Shown in pieces: positions 37,994 through 50,618 of a stretch of DNA of 64,000 nt (positions are counted from its first letter, which is position 1; each line of letters starts with the position of its first letter). The position numbers and the translations under genes are program-made. The notes beneath the pieces were generated by a model. That model searched no databases, was not told the DNA's origin, and saw only the letters and a program-made list of their open reading frames with translations. Location: positions 1,376,001 through 1,440,000 of the forward strand of contig CAWBAT010000005.1 in the NCBI GenBank assembly GCA_963786955.1, read 5' to 3'. The DNA is from an uncultured Acidimicrobiia bacterium. GTDB lineage: Bacteria > Acidobacteriota > Terriglobia > Versatilivoradales > Versatilivoraceae.

Positions 37994-40333
37994 TCATAGG
38001 ATTACCTTCACTCGAGACACATTTAAAGGGACTCTGAGGGTATTTGATGAAAGAGATATAGCCTGATCATCAAAGAAGACCTTAGAAGGACTAAACGGTA
38101 GGCGCCAAATAATCGACTCAGGAGGAAACAGGCAAAACTCATTGGAGAGTTCCAGCCAGATTTCTTTCTTGTCAACAGACAAAATGAAATTGATTTTTCC
38201 AAAAGGACTCGGGGCGTTGCAGACGGAAAAAATAGTGCCAGCTTGCAAATGCTCTTTCTGGAGCAAGGGGGTGATTAAAAGAGAACCCTGTTTCTCGACA
38301 AAGAGCAAATTCATGAGCAACAGGATCCATTCGGCGGCGGCCCAGCCGTGATGGCCTTCTCCCATACAACCACCTCCGGTTGTCGGGTGGATTGCTTCTG
38401 GCCAGGTGTAAGTAGGAGTGGCACATTTTAACAAGTATCGAACCACATCCCAGGCTTTGGGGTTACCGCAGGCGAGGTAGCATTGAGCCAACTGAGCGGA
38501 AAGATAACAATTCACGCCAGAATGAAAATGATTCTGAATGAACCCTTGCCCGATTAGATAACGGTCTTCTATCAGGCGGATTGTATTTTGAACTCTGGGG
38601 TGGCGAGGGTCTATTAATTTCAATGGGTAGACAGAACAAAGAGAACCTATGGCACCCGAATCGATTCGACGGCCAGGTGCTGCCGGCAGAAATGGAACTT
38701 CAGAGCTTTGGTCAGATTGCCCCCAAGTCCTTTCGATATCCTTCCAGTAGGCATGGGCATAAGACGTGAGAGCCTGTTCATCCTCTTTCTTGCCCAGCGT
38801 TTGAGCAGCAAAGGCAACGGCTTTTAATCCCGCCAAGCACCAAAAATTATCCCAATAATAATAATCGCTGGGGCCCAAGTGTTCGGCTGAAAATCCCCGA
38901 GGCAGCAGGCCAGCATGTCCGTTGGGTGACTTTGTGGCTTTGTGACGCTTTCGCTCAATCCAATGGGCAGCTCGCAAGAGCGAAGGATAGAGCTGTGCTA
39001 ACAGTTCACGATCACCCGTCAATCGGAAGTGCTCAACCACCACCCAAATCGTTGATCCGTTGGCATCCCACTCACCTTCCTGGAAATTGAAGAACCCATC
39101 CTTCGACTGACGAGTTGGAAAGTGGAGTAACTTTTCCCTGGCCTGAGAGTGAAATCCTAGCTTATCCAAGGCATGGATCATAAAGGCAGAGTCTCGAATC
39201 CAGCAGTCGTCATAGGTCAAGGCACCAGGGGTCATGACTTGGCCGCGATCAAAGATCTGGAGATACATGCGATTGGCCATAAAGGAACGAGTGAGATTTT
39301 GGTCGGGGAACCCGACTTCAGCTCCTGCAGAGAGATGGTCGTGCCATCTGTCGCGAAACTGGCGGCGTACAGCCTGGTAGTTGAAGCCTTCCAATACAGA
39401 CGATGGCGACAGAGAAGGGACGTCTGAAGTCATGGTTAACAGGGCCAGGTACTCCTTTTGTGCTTGAGGTTCCAGCGATATCGTATATTCGACTAACCCT
39501 GTAGCCATACCCATTTCGCAGGAAATTTTCGGACGGGTCTGCTTGGAAGTCCTGATCAAAGAGACGTCACCCTCCTCATAGTTGGAACAATAGACACGAT
39601 CTGGGGCTTCCTCGAGTATCATTGCCATGTGACCATTCACGAGGCAAAGACGATCCTCTTTGAACTCCAAGTGCCGGATCAGGCTGATTCCTTCGGGATT
39701 GTAAGGCCTGAGAGAAAAATAAAACTTCAGTGGCTTGCGATGAGTTCCCCGGTTGACCAGGCGAACACGGACCAGCAGATAGTGTTTATCCCTGACTTTA
39801 GTGACGAACACGCAAGTCTTAACGGCGATCTTCTCTACTTCGAAATGAGTCTTAACTTGCGGGTACTGAGGATGGATACGTTGTTTGACCGATGGTAATC
39901 TGGCCGGAGTGTAAAGATGCCCTTTCAATTCAATCCAATAGTCGAGAGACCATCCGTCCTTCCAGGGAGTGATCAAAGATCGAGGATCTACGATCGCACG
40001 ATGGGAGTTTCCGAGGGCCCCGATGATGGTCCAATTGCGATGGGTGAGATTGATTTGAGGTAGACCGTGTCCTCTTGGAATGTAGCTCTTGCCATTGGGG
40101 TTGAATTGTCGCTCGATCCAGTAAGGCCAAACCCAATCCAAGTTTCCTTGCACAGCGACGGTATTCAAGAAACCTCTCACATGCATCTTTATCCCTAGCG
40201 TAACAAGCTCTTTTGGGATGTGACGGTCTCCCATCGTGCTGAGCCTGGCCACAGCATCCACTATCTCGAGACTTTCGGACTGATCGAATAGCCTGACTGA
40301 CTGCCGAAGCAGGTCCAAGAAGCTCAGCATCAT
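37994..40333 (-). CDS. Uncharacterised six-hairpin (alpha/alpha)6 glycosidase-like protein
   Basis: Beta-rich N-terminus, then WIRDSAFM, GEWDANG..IW, GLLP..SAEH..DYYYWDNFW, WPEAIHP..GHHGW. Confidence 0.7.
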   Translation of the reverse strand: MMLSFLDLLRQSVRLFDQSESLEIVDAVARLSTMGDRHIPKELVTLGIKMHVRGFLNTVAVQGNLDWVWPYWIERQFNPNGKSYIPRGHGLPQINLTHRNWTIIGALGNSHRAIVDPRSLITPWKDGWSLDYWIELKGHLYTPARLPSVKQRIHPQYPQVKTHFEVEKIAVKTCVFVTKVRDKHYLLVRVRLVNRGTHRKPLKFYFSLRPYNPEGISLIRHLEFKEDRLCLVNGHMAMILEEAPDRVYCSNYEEGDVSLIRTSKQTRPKISCEMGMATGLVEYTISLEPQAQKEYLALLTMTSDVPSLSPSSVLEGFNYQAVRRQFRDRWHDHLSAGAEVGFPDQNLTRSFMANRMYLQIFDRGQVMTPGALTYDDCWIRDSAFMIHALDKLGFHSQAREKLLHFPTRQSKDGFFNFQEGEWDANGSTIWVVVEHFRLTGDRELLAQLYPSLLRAAHWIERKRHKATKSPNGHAGLLPRGFSAEHLGPSDYYYWDNFWCLAGLKAVAFAAQTLGKKEDEQALTSYAHAYWKDIERTWGQSDQSSEVPFLPAAPGRRIDSGAIGSLCSVYPLKLIDPRHPRVQNTIRLIEDRYLIGQGFIQNHFHSGVNCYLSAQLAQCYLACGNPKAWDVVRYLLKCATPTYTWPEAIHPTTGGGCMGEGHHGWAAAEWILLLMNLLFVEKQGSLLITPLLQKEHLQAGTIFSVCNAPSPFGKINFILSVDKKEIWLELSNEFCLFPPESIIWRLPFSPSKVFFDDQAISLSSNTLRVPLNVSRVKVIL

Positions 40334-40423
40334 GCTAGATTTGGGTACAGGCTTTATTGAGTTGCACCTCTTGAACGGGATGTATTCGACCCCGTTATGT
40401 GTGTTGCAATTAGGGTTCGAATG

Positions 40424-42864
40424 TTAAACGAGCCTTCTCCATTTCTCGAGGTCCTCTACATCAATTCTGTCGCCCTCTTGCCCGGCCCAAAAGTTAAGGT
40501 ACAATTGATCCCAACCTTTTGTTTCGGCGTAATTCCTGCAATTGAAAGACATCTTCAGACGCATCTCCGGATCATCGACCAATTTCACGATGGCCTCAAC
40601 GACTTGCCTGGAATCACGCCCTTTGGTCACGAAACCGGTCCTTCCATGCTGCACCGTCTCTCGAGGGCCACCTCTGTCTGACACAATGACAGGAACTCCC
40701 GAAGCCATTGCTTCCAGGACCACATTGCCAAAAGTATCTGTCGTGCTGGGAAGACGAAGATATCCGAAGAGGCATAGGCCTGACTCAATTCTTCATCAAA
40801 CAAGAACCCTGTGAATACAACGTTAGGATAAGGGAGAGCCGCCTTCATCTGACCGAGGTAGGGGCCATCACCGACGATGATCAGTACACATTCAGGACGC
40901 TGCTTTGCCAACTCGGCATAAACTTCAGTCAACACATCGAGATCTTTCTCTTTCGCAACCCGGCCCACATAGGTGATCTTGGGTCCACCATTGACTCCAT
41001 ACTTTGCCCAAAAATCTCTATTTCGATATCTGGGATGGAACTGTTCAGTATCCGTGCCGTGAGGAAATAAGCGGAGCTTGGCCGGATCGAATCCCTTCTG
41101 AATTAGCTGATTCCGGTAGAAGCGGGATGGGACATAAACCGCGTCCATTTGTCCGTAGAACCACTGAAGATATTTCCAAGCGGCGTTCTCCATCGAGTCG
41201 TCTTCTGTGTAGTATTGGATGTAGACAGGGAGGTCGGTGTGATAAATTCCTACCAAAGGTAGGTTCAGAAGCTTAGCGGTCGCAAGGGCTGCCAGTCCTG
41301 CCAACCCAGGGGTACTCACAATCAACTCCGTGAATTGCTCGCGTTCACAATACTCAAGAATATCCAGGAATGGGGGGAACGCCAGCGTGATGCTTTCGTT
41401 CTCCGGCAGAGCAAAATGACCGATGGGTTCAAAGTTCTTCACTCTTCCAGGATACGCGGGAGCCGTTTTAGCGAAGGAAATCAAGGTGAGATGATGTCCA
41501 TGCGATTCAGCTTGATGGCACATTTTCTGAACCAGAGTAGTGACTCCATTGACTTCGGTTAACGTGTCCGTAAACCATGCCTTCTTGGACACTGTTTTGG
41601 GATCGGGACGAACCCCCAGAAAGCGTTGACTGACTTCTGAGAGAAATGGTTTATCCCGGTTCTGGTGATAGAACGAAAACAAGTAGGGCGAGATTCCAAA
41701 CAGGATAGGGCCGAGAGCGCTCATGGCTTCGAGGCTGCCGAAAATGCTGCCTGAAGAAAGCTTCTTAACGAATTTCTTGGCAAACTGGAAGAAAAGTCCA
41801 TTCGAAATTTTGCATGCCAGTTCGAAAGTGCGCCGATTCAATTCATCATATCGAGAAGGATCCGCCACAAAATCGTCCTTCAACCAATCCTCCGCAAATA
41901 ATTTTTTTGTCTCTATGGAAACTAATCGTTTGAATTCTTCTTCAGCAGGTTTTTCAGGCCGTCGAATCACTCGCTGGGTGTAATACGAAACCTTGTCTCG
42001 CAGTCTTCCCTGTGGCTTTCCGATGTCAAACACATCCTTCAGAACCTGCTGCAATATATCTGTCCCGCCTTTTGCAAATCGGTCCCGATAGAAGTGATAC
42101 CCAATGCTATACAAACTATGAGCAAAACTAAGTGGGGTGGCATCTAACCCTGCTGCGCTGCCGCAACGGTTCGACACTTCTTCCAAAAATTCCGCATAAG
42201 TGTCGCAGGCATGGCATTCGGTATACCCTTTGGCGACGAAAATCCCACTATGATCGTCAGATCCTCCGGTGAAGCCTTTGATCCAAGGCTGCTCTCCAAA
42301 TGGAATGATCTTGTGACGGGTGGCGATGTCCTGGAACTGCTGGGCGGTCAAATAATGGAGAATGGTCCGTACGAGCTGATTACCCCTCCGGTTCCGGCCA
42401 CCGTTCATTGTTTCAAACACATTGAACAACAAAAGCAGTTTTTCAAAGTGTTCCACAGTGAGACGATCATTGATCCTATAGAGGGGGTGGGCACACGCGT
42501 TCACAATCCCATCAGTATTCAGATAATCCCGAAGCTCATAGATGTTTTGGCGCAAACGTTGGATTTCGTTGAATTGGGATTCACTAATGTTCCAACACAA
42601 GACGTGGACCTTGCAGCCATCTTCCGGGAAGTAGGTCGTGATCTCATTGCTGATAAAGACATCCTTGAGATGGGCAATTTCAAGGGCTCCCTGAATGCAA
42701 TTGTGATCAGAAATCGTGACGAACTGCATGCCGCGCCGTTTGGCGATTTCATAGACGGTTCGGGGCTCGGTATAACACTCTGGAGCGCCAATTCTTCTCA
42801 GGACCCATTCCGTCGGACGATCGGAATACTTTGAATGGACGTGCAGGTCAACTCGTGAAGACAT
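40424..42864 (-). CDS. PHP-domain / GT4 glycosyltransferase fusion (one frameshift near 40749)
   Basis: DLHVHSKYS, ISDHN and GGSDDH (PHP); EVNGV, YHTD, YVGRVAKEK, FVFP/(S)TTDTFGNVVLEAMASG (GT4). A single missing base in a G run joins the two ORFs. Confidence 0.88.
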
Positions 42865-42960
42865 TGGAATATCTCCTTTTCTCTGACTTGCCTCGTTTCC
42901 CAATACCGGAACAATAGAATTCATGACATCGGAATTGTAACAACACCTCGTTGCGTCGGT

Positions 42961-42988
42961 CTTACAGGGGCATGAAGTCTCTGTTAAC
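42961..42988 (-). promoter_or_regulatory. PHO-box-like 11-bp phased repeats
   Basis: Minus strand GTTAAC-n5-CTTCAT-n5-TGTAAG upstream of the PHP-GT4 gene. Confidence 0.45.
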
Positions 42989-43071
42989 AACGAGTGTGTC
43001 CCGTAACAATTCACGTCATTGAATTGGAAAGGGATGCGCGCGTTGAAATTCTAAATCTGCGCTTGGGAAGA

Positions 43072-43100
43072 AAAAAGTATAGGGGCGCAAGGGCCCCCTT
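43072..43100 (-). terminator. Rho-independent terminator (possibly bidirectional)
   Basis: GGGGC/GCCCC stem with T-rich tracts on both sides, downstream of the aspartyl protease gene. Confidence 0.5.
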
Positions 43101-43186
43101 AATTTTTGTTTTGCAGTTTATAGGCAATTCGGAAGAATCACTTGGGCGAGACCAGCATGAAAGCAGATGGGAACAGCAGGGATCCA

Positions 43187-44101
43187 CTACTCCTTAATTC
43201 GTGGAGCGTTCTCAAATCGAGGATTGAAAGCGACGAATTTCTGCGCGTTATTAAAGTAAATGGTTTGGAAGAAATTCGTCGGCAGTAGACCATTCTCTAT
43301 CCGGTACATCGACAATTTACTATCTGGTGCAAGCTGAACACGAAGGTTTCGAAGCGTGTTGCCTCCTATCTTGAACGATCGAAACGTGCCATGGCTCACA
43401 AAGCCTCGTCCCACGACCGTCTGCAAAGGCTCTGGATCGCTGACGGAGTTCATGTCGAATCCCAGTCCCTTGAAGTCACTTCCAAACAAGACGATGCCTT
43501 TAGCTCCAGAGTCCAGGGAGAAAAGTGAAGGGCGGCTTTCATGAGACTGGGGGGGAATTAATACCAATTTACGTTGGGCAGAATCTAGGAGTATGTATAC
43601 TCCTCCGGACAAGCTCTGAGCAAATTCCTCATTCTCTTCGAAGGTAATGGTTTGTGATTGATAGTCCAAAATGAAATTGAACTTCGTCAGAAAATCCTGT
43701 CCCAAGATTCCTTTGACTTGTATCCCTTGAATTTCGGGACCACCATGCGCGAGAACATCCAGATAGTCCACATGCTGGGAGCCCAGTCTAAAGTTTTCTA
43801 TGCGAAAACAAGGAACGACCATTGACCCCGTGGCAGTCAATAACTGATACCGGCGAGCTTCCTTACCGCCGAGTCTGGTAATCAGGGATGGATCGATAAA
43901 GGTAAGAGCTGATCCCGTATCCAAAACAAGGTCATAAGGCCCCGAACCATTGATGGTTACAGGAACAACGATCCAATGACCTGCGACGAGGCGGAAAGGG
44001 ACAGGGGTGCCGGAAAACGAGACAAATACGCAGAGAAACAGACAGGCTGTTATCAAGCCCGCGACTTTAACGAAAATCGATGAGGATGGCTGGAAACACA
44101 T
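43187..44101 (-). CDS. Secreted two-domain retropepsin-like aspartyl protease
   Basis: Signal peptide; VPVTING..LVLDTGS, GILGQDFL; second domain LDSGA..GLL. Confidence 0.88.
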   Translation of the reverse strand: MCFQPSSSIFVKVAGLITACLFLCVFVSFSGTPVPFRLVAGHWIVVPVTINGSGPYDLVLDTGSALTFIDPSLITRLGGKEARRYQLLTATGSMVVPCFRIENFRLGSQHVDYLDVLAHGGPEIQGIQVKGILGQDFLTKFNFILDYQSQTITFEENEEFAQSLSGGVYILLDSAQRKLVLIPPQSHESRPSLFSLDSGAKGIVLFGSDFKGLGFDMNSVSDPEPLQTVVGRGFVSHGTFRSFKIGGNTLRNLRVQLAPDSKLSMYRIENGLLPTNFFQTIYFNNAQKFVAFNPRFENAPRIKE

Positions 44102-44851
44102 CCTAAACTCCTTCCTTCTGGAGTCCTTAACCAGCTCACCTTCTGTTTCGATTTAATGATAGGGAATCTTTAGACGATATGCATTAAGAAAATAACAAAG
44201 AATTAACGTGTCGTTAATAGGATTTTAATAGAGTAGAGGTCACTGATGTCTAATCGGAATGTTGGGGCTATGGGTAAGCTCACTTGGAGGTATGGTAGGG
44301 TTGAATCGCAAACGCAAAACCAAGAATATTAATCTTCCATCATTGTTGGTCTCCAGCCTGCCTCATACTGGGGCATTGGTCGAAGCAACCTATCGTCGAG
44401 CCTTGAGGTCACCGTATCGCTTCTTCCCCAAGCGAGATCAACTCGTCTGGCTGTTTCGAATCTTGTTAGATCTGATGGACATGAACGAAAGCCGGGGGTC
44501 TCTCCAAGAAGTCTCCGACAGACAAACTAGCAGGAAACAAACTGCGGCGAATTTTTCCTAAGCACCAGCCTCAACAGTGGGTTGTAAATTCCGTGGAGCG
44601 TGCCAAGGTTGACAGGATCTATGGAGCAATGTATCTGCATTTAGCGGATCATGCCATTTCCCACTTCCGTCGCCCGATTCAGAGCAAGGGGATGTAACGG
44701 TGGGAGCATTTTCGCGCCTATCGGTTGATCCAAGGTCCTAGCGCGTAGAAGTTCAGAGCAGGGGAATCATCAAGCTGGTGACTTTATTTTAAATTTCGGG
44801 AAGGGAGTTTGGTGGCTCCCTTCCCCACAAAGATGCTATGGTTTGAATGCT

Positions 44852-46833
44852 TTACTTCAGTCCGGGCAGTGCCCCGTTCTCGGTCCCGATGTAGCCGATC
44901 GCGGATTTCTTTCTGTTGTCCCACTTGGTGCTGACCACGGGTAATACGGAATTCTCGAGAGCTTTCCCGGCAGTAGTGGCTGACTTGATCTGATCTTCTT
45001 CGCCCGAGTGCTGGAAATTGCCCAGAATGTATGCAAACCCATTCAGATCTTCGACTACTTGCAGCCCGGTAGCCTCGGCGTACATCGGTACAGACAGGAT
45101 ACGGGAAAGCTTGCGGTGTCGATGTTAAATGCCCAGACGTAGCTATTGTTACGTCGGCTGGTGTCCTCGCCGATAAACAAGGTGCGAATATTCTCCGCAT
45201 ACTTGAGGTTGTCACCGCCGCAGACCTTATCCTGTTCGCAGCGGTTACCTTCTGCATCCCGGCTGTCTACTTTCCCGTCCGCGCTGTCCAATGCGGGTGC
45301 GATCGGCCAGCCACCTAGCAGTTCGGGAATGCTAGCCATGTTCTTGGCCACGTAACCGCTCCAGATCCAATTGCCATCCGTGTCCTTTTGCCAACCTCTC
45401 AGTTCCAACTCATAAACAGCGCCCCCATCGTTGCGGGCGAGGCGGATGTCGTTCTGGGGATCGGAGGAGGTATCCAGCATGCCTGTCTCGACTCGGGAGA
45501 TTACTACATAGGCCTTCTTGTCTTCGGCATTGTGGGTGACGCCCTCCATCTTGGAAACCGAGCGGTGGCGCCCAACAAGGCGGCATAGCGACGGGTTTCC
45601 AGGAAGGCGGCGGCTTTCTCCATGCCCGACTTGAGCTTTAGCCATTCCGTGCCCGAGTAGGTGATGACCTTTTTATAAGTGGAATCTCCTGGGTCTGTAT
45701 TGCTGACTAGGAACATGTCGCTAAACTTAATGCCACTATCCACGATTGCCTTGATTTCCTCGTCAGAGGCATGGCCCAACCTGATCCAGCTCAGGTCGGC
45801 GCTTCCACCGTTGACAGCGCTTGTCTGGCTCCATTTGGCTGCGTACAGGGTGCCCATGGATAAATCGCCCCAGCTGTCTGCGACAAACATGAATAGACCC
45901 GTGTAACCTCCATCGTCGCCCATGTAGACAGTACGCCAGTCAGGCTGCACATCCGCCAGTTCGCGTGCAATGCGCCCAAGTGCATAGTGCTTCACGACGC
46001 TGGCAGAGCCGTTCCGATTCACTGTCACCTCGGGTACCAAGCCATAGTGGTAGGGATTGGCCTTTGTCTTGTCGCCGAAGTAGTATTGGCTGAAGCTATT
46101 GATGTCGGTGGTATCGTTGGTGCCGCTGGCGGCGGCGATGCCCTCACGAGTCTTGGCATCTGGCTCGTACTCTTCGGACCCCAGGTGGGTATTCCAAGGC
46201 GAGAGGGAAGCGGCGCAGTGGATCCATCCTCCATTGACGTCGGCAAAACTGATGTTGTCGTAGTCCACCACTTCAAGCACTCCCGTCCGCTTATCTTGAT
46301 CTAATTTGGTTAGACCCATGGCGGCCGGAGATCTCCACCATTGGCTGGCATAGGGAGAGGTGAAGTTGGGTAGTTTGGTGGCTGTTCCCGGTATTCGAAG
46401 TGGGTCACCATCGCCAGTCCCCGGTTCTTCGAAGGGCTGGCTGCCTGCCAGCCGGGGATTTCCATCAGGGAGTTGCCATCTGGCGAATCAGAGGCCATCT
46501 GTCCGCTGTTGTCTGTGATGGGAGGTTGTAAACATCAAACAGACCACCAACAACCTTCCCGTTAATCTCATCCGTTGTCCCCATCAGCATGTGGTACTTG
46601 AGAGTAATTGTCTTCGATTTCCCATTCCGGTAGGTGACGATCATCTGTGCCTTGGTGTAGATGTCGGCCTTTTCGTCAACTGAGGACGGCGCTGTCATCC
46701 CGATGAACTCAACAGACTTAACAGGCGCCGAAATGACCATTGATGATGGCGATTCAGCCGCTAGGATTGAAGGTGCCATCACTACACTGAGTGCGGAAGA
46801 CATAGCATGTACAAAGAGCTTCTTGAGTCTCAC
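44852..46833 (-). CDS. phoX: PhoX-like (DUF839) secreted alkaline phosphatase, split by about 4 frameshifts
   Basis: SDSPDG, VTHFEY, CAASLSPWNTHLGSEEYEPD, LGRIARE, YMGDDG, KMEG, DNL, LFIGED, AEATG and NFQH across consecutive frames; GTG start with GGAGG. Confidence 0.8.
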
Positions 46834-46977
46834 AGAAACCTCCTTTTGTTGCGCTGGTTTCGAAGCCGAGGGCTTCGATTGGTGGAAATATAATTTACGT
46901 GCCTTGGTTGTGAGCGAGGGGAACGACGCTGTTCCCCCCACACCACTGTCAGACGCCCATTAACTTAGACTGATCTC

Positions 46978-47016
46978 TTTACAGGAGTATGAAATGGCCG
47001 TTAATTATTCGTGAAT
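46978..47016 (-). promoter_or_regulatory. PHO-box-like 11-bp phased repeats
   Basis: Minus strand ATTCAC-n5-ATTAAC-n5-TTTCAT-n5-TGTAAA upstream of phoX. Confidence 0.55.
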
Positions 47017-47238
47017 AGGAGGTTGCCAAGTAAAAAGCCTGAATCGAGCTCCACACCCGTTTCTGGTTCGCAGAGTCTATTGGGAGTGTTTTCAAGATGG
47101 GCTGTCACCCACGTTTCATCTGCAATTCACTTGAATTTAACTTGAAGGCCAGAGAGCGGCAGGCATATGATCAGCACGCTAATTTTCCAATCTGAAACTA
47201 GGCATTAAGTTGATTTCCTTTTGAATGGACTGGTGAGC

Positions 47239-48629
47239 ATGCAATCGTACGATCTTATTGTTATCGGGTCCGGTCCGGCTGGACAGCGCGCAGCTATTCA
47301 GGGAGCAAAGTGCGGCAAACGCGTGGCCTTGGTTGAGAAGCGGGCAGTGATTGGCGGGACTTGCATCAATACGGGCACCATCCCAAGCAAGACGATGCGG
47401 GAGGCCGTCTTACACCTGTCTGGTTTCCACTATCAACAGCTCTACGGTGTCAACTATCGGGTGAAAGAAAAGATCACGATGGCAGACCTCGCCTTCAGAG
47501 TGCAGCACGTGATCAAGAGTGAAATCGATGTGACCCAGGCTCAGCTTTCTCGCAACGGGATCGAAGTTCTGGTTGGTACTGCCAGCTTTGTGGATGCCAC
47601 CCACGTTCGCATCCACGATTCTCATGGACAACAGTCAGAATATGAGGCTCAAGTGATCATTGTTGCCACTGGAACCCGACCAGCCTCTTCTCCGAAAGTC
47701 CCGTTTAATAATCGAAACATCATCAACAGTGATCAAATCCTGGGAATGCCGGACATGCCAAAAACGATGATCGTCGTGGGGGGAGGAGTCATCGGAGTGG
47801 AATATACTTGCATGTTTGCCACTCTCGGTGTTCGAGTGATTCTGGTTGAAAAGCGCCCTCGGCTTTTGGAATTTGCGGATACTGAGATGGTTGAGGCTCT
47901 CACTTACCATTTGAGAGACCATCGGGTCACTCTCCGGCTGAATGAAGAAGTGGAAAGCGTCGAAGAGACGCCCGAGGGGGCAGTAGTCGCTAATCTGGAG
48001 AGCAAAAAGAAGATTTCAGGCGATGCCCTTCTTTTCGCCGTGGGCCGACAGGGAAACACGGACGAATTGAATCTTTCTGCCGCCGGCATCGCAACGGATG
48101 CGCGAGGAGGATCTCAGTTGACGCCAGTTACCGAACCAACCAGCCCCACATTTATGCGGCGGGAGACATTATCGGATTCCCTAGTCTGGCTTCCGTTTCC
48201 ATGGAACAGGGGCGCATTGCCGCCGCCCATGCGTTTGGTCTAACGGTTCATTCCAATCCCGCCACTTACCCGTACGGGATCTACACCATCCCCGAGATTT
48301 CCTTCATCGGCAAGACGGAAGAACAACTCACGGATGAGGACGTTCCCTATGAAGTGGGGATTGCTTACTATCGTGAAATCGCCCGCGGGCAAATTCGTGG
48401 AGACACTACCGGACGATTAAAGCTGATTTTTCATCGGGAGACCAAAGAGCTTTTGGGCGTCCATATCATTGGAGAGGGAGCCTCCGAGATACTGCATATC
48501 GGTCAGGCAGTGATGATTCTGAAAGGCGGGATTGAGTATTTCGTGAATACCGTATTCAACTTTCCGACCCTGGCAGAATGCTACAAGGCGGCAGCCTTTA
48601 ATGGGTTGAACAAGCTAGCCAAACTCTAA
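47239..48629 (+). CDS. sthA: Soluble pyridine nucleotide transhydrogenase (frameshift near 48108)
   Basis: [54 protein letters not shown]. Confidence 0.92.
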
Positions 48630-48646
48630 ACCCCGGGAGGAAACCT

Positions 48647-49087
48647 ATGCTACGAAGCATCGGCGTACTAGCAACAGACCATATCGCAGTCGGTTTGGTT
48701 GAGGAACACCATGTAGTGGGGCTTGTGCTTGTTTATCCCGAGAGGGGGGATGACCAGGAAGCTTTGCAAGGCATGCCGGCTGAAGACATCGGGAAGTGTA
48801 TTCGGGAACAAATTGAACGAGTTGGAAAAGGCCATGAGATTCAAGTGGTGGGCGTGGGCTTTCCCGGAATCACACAAGATGGCATCATCGAAGAATCTCC
48901 GAATCTTCAGCAGGTAAAGGGGCTCAATCTGCAAGCAATCTTGTCCTCTGCTTCACTCAAGAATGGAGTTTCTGTTCCAGTGCGGATCTTTAATGACGCT
49001 GACGTCATGGCGGCCGACATCGCTGCTACGGCTAGGTGCTATTCATCCGACATTACAGTCTGGCAGCCCTTCAAACCCTATATTTGA
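48647..49087 (+). pseudogene. ROK family protein, N-terminal half only
   Basis: GVGFPG..ESPNL..NDAD motifs, after which the frame runs into the convergent gene. Confidence 0.75.
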
Positions 49088-49919
49088 TCAGCAGGACTTC
49101 ATTCCCGGCTTCATTGTAAATGACTTCGTCCACCATCTCCCTGGCCATTAGAAGTCCGAACCCGCCTGGGCGCATTCCACGAGCTGTCCGGAAATCCATG
49201 TGTTTGGTAGGGTCATCGAGAGGATTTGAAATAGCGGCGTGCGGCAAAGAATCACGCCGAAATCCGCGCCCTGGGTCACGAAAGAAATAAACAATGGCGC
49301 GCCCGGTGCGAACCGCTGCGACTTCGACCACCTTTTCTGGATCGAAACCTGCACCGTGCTCCATCGCATTCAGGAGAATCTCGCGGAACGCTGTCATGAG
49401 CTGGAAACGTTCTTGATCCGGGCTGTTGGCCAATAACTCGTTCATAAAAGTCGTTAAGCGTTCGGCCGTTAGTAATCGGCATGCCACCCGCAACTCAATC
49501 CAATCGGGCTGTGCTGACATCACTTCGATGTCGTTCCGCCAGTCAACTTCTTCCTGCGCACGTTTTACCATCGCCGTTATCGCCTTGAGGTCAAATGGAG
49601 CGCTAAAACAGGAGAACACCTGTGCCCGCAAGGCTGCGATCACATCGTCAGGAGTTGTCTCAGGAGCCAGCAGAATTGTTCTCACTCCTGGCCGGATGCG
49701 ACGCATCTCTTCAAGCAAAGCCAGGTCTTCTTTAGGCAAAGTCTGTGGACTGGTCAGTACAACCTCAAATGAACGTTGTCGCAGAAGCTGTAGAGCCTTC
49801 GCTTCTCCACAAGCGACCTCAACGTCACAATTCTGAGGGGCCAAATTCTCCGTTAACCAGGAACTCTCCCCCGGAGTAACCTCTATTACCAAGACCCTCT
49901 GGACGTTTGTTTTACCCAT
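49071..49919 (-). CDS. Receiver domain / HATPase_c_2 (RsbW-like kinase) fusion
   Basis: Degenerate REC domain; REILLNAMEHG, DPGRGF, RPGGFGL, VDEVIYNEAGN. Confidence 0.88.
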   Translation of the reverse strand: MGKTNVQRVLVIEVTPGESSWLTENLAPQNCDVEVACGEAKALQLLRQRSFEVVLTSPQTLPKEDLALLEEMRRIRPGVRTILLAPETTPDDVIAALRAQVFSCFSAPFDLKAITAMVKRAQEEVDWRNDIEVMSAQPDWIELRVACRLLTAERLTTFMNELLANSPDQERFQLMTAFREILLNAMEHGAGFDPEKVVEVAAVRTGRAIVYFFRDPGRGFRRDSLPHAAISNPLDDPTKHMDFRTARGMRPGGFGLLMAREMVDEVIYNEAGNEVLLIKYRV

Positions 49920-50618
49920 AGTGGACGGTCAATCGATTGCATCAAAGTGTTCTTATTTACGACAGTGCCTTGGAACCCTTCAAGCGGATTAGCTAGATCA
50001 TCAAAGCGTGCTTCCGCAGATTAAAGTTGGTGAATTCCCCTCTTCGCCTTCTAAGAAAGTACTAATACCCAATTTAGACCCAACCAGGAATTCGTGATTC
50101 CAAGTTCACCTGTAACATGGTGTTGTCGAAATTTTTATACGAATTTTACCCACAATTGCTGACGGAAGCACCAGGCAAGGATCCGCATCTCTTGTGTGGC
50201 TTATACGTGGGACACCTTAATTTTAACGAATTCAAGGGCTCTGAATCACCAGAGGGAAGTGGTTTCTACACTCCCCTTTGAGGAGGACTGGTGCTACAGC
50301 CGCTTGTTCTTGAAATTAAGAATCCGTTAACTTACTTGATGAAAACCAAACAATATTATAGCGGGTGGCGAGTCCGCCGACACATATCAACTTTACGCCA
50401 TCGCCTGACTCAAACACCATGCAATCTGGAAATAGCCTGAGCGACGTTGAGAGCGAAAACAGAGCAATCATAGAATGAATAGTCATCGATCAATCGGTTA
50501 TTACGGAATAACAAAGTCATTGGCCTGCTTAAGCTACCAATTCGATTTGTAAGATTTCGGCGAGGAACGCAGTCTGGCAGGAATGCTGACTTCAGGGTAT
50601 CCACGACGGGAGCCTCCG

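Noticed and set aside
44259-44561. 100-aa ORF divergent from the aspartyl protease
   Set aside because: No recognisable domain. A GGAGG before an internal ATG makes a shorter protein possible, but support is insufficient.
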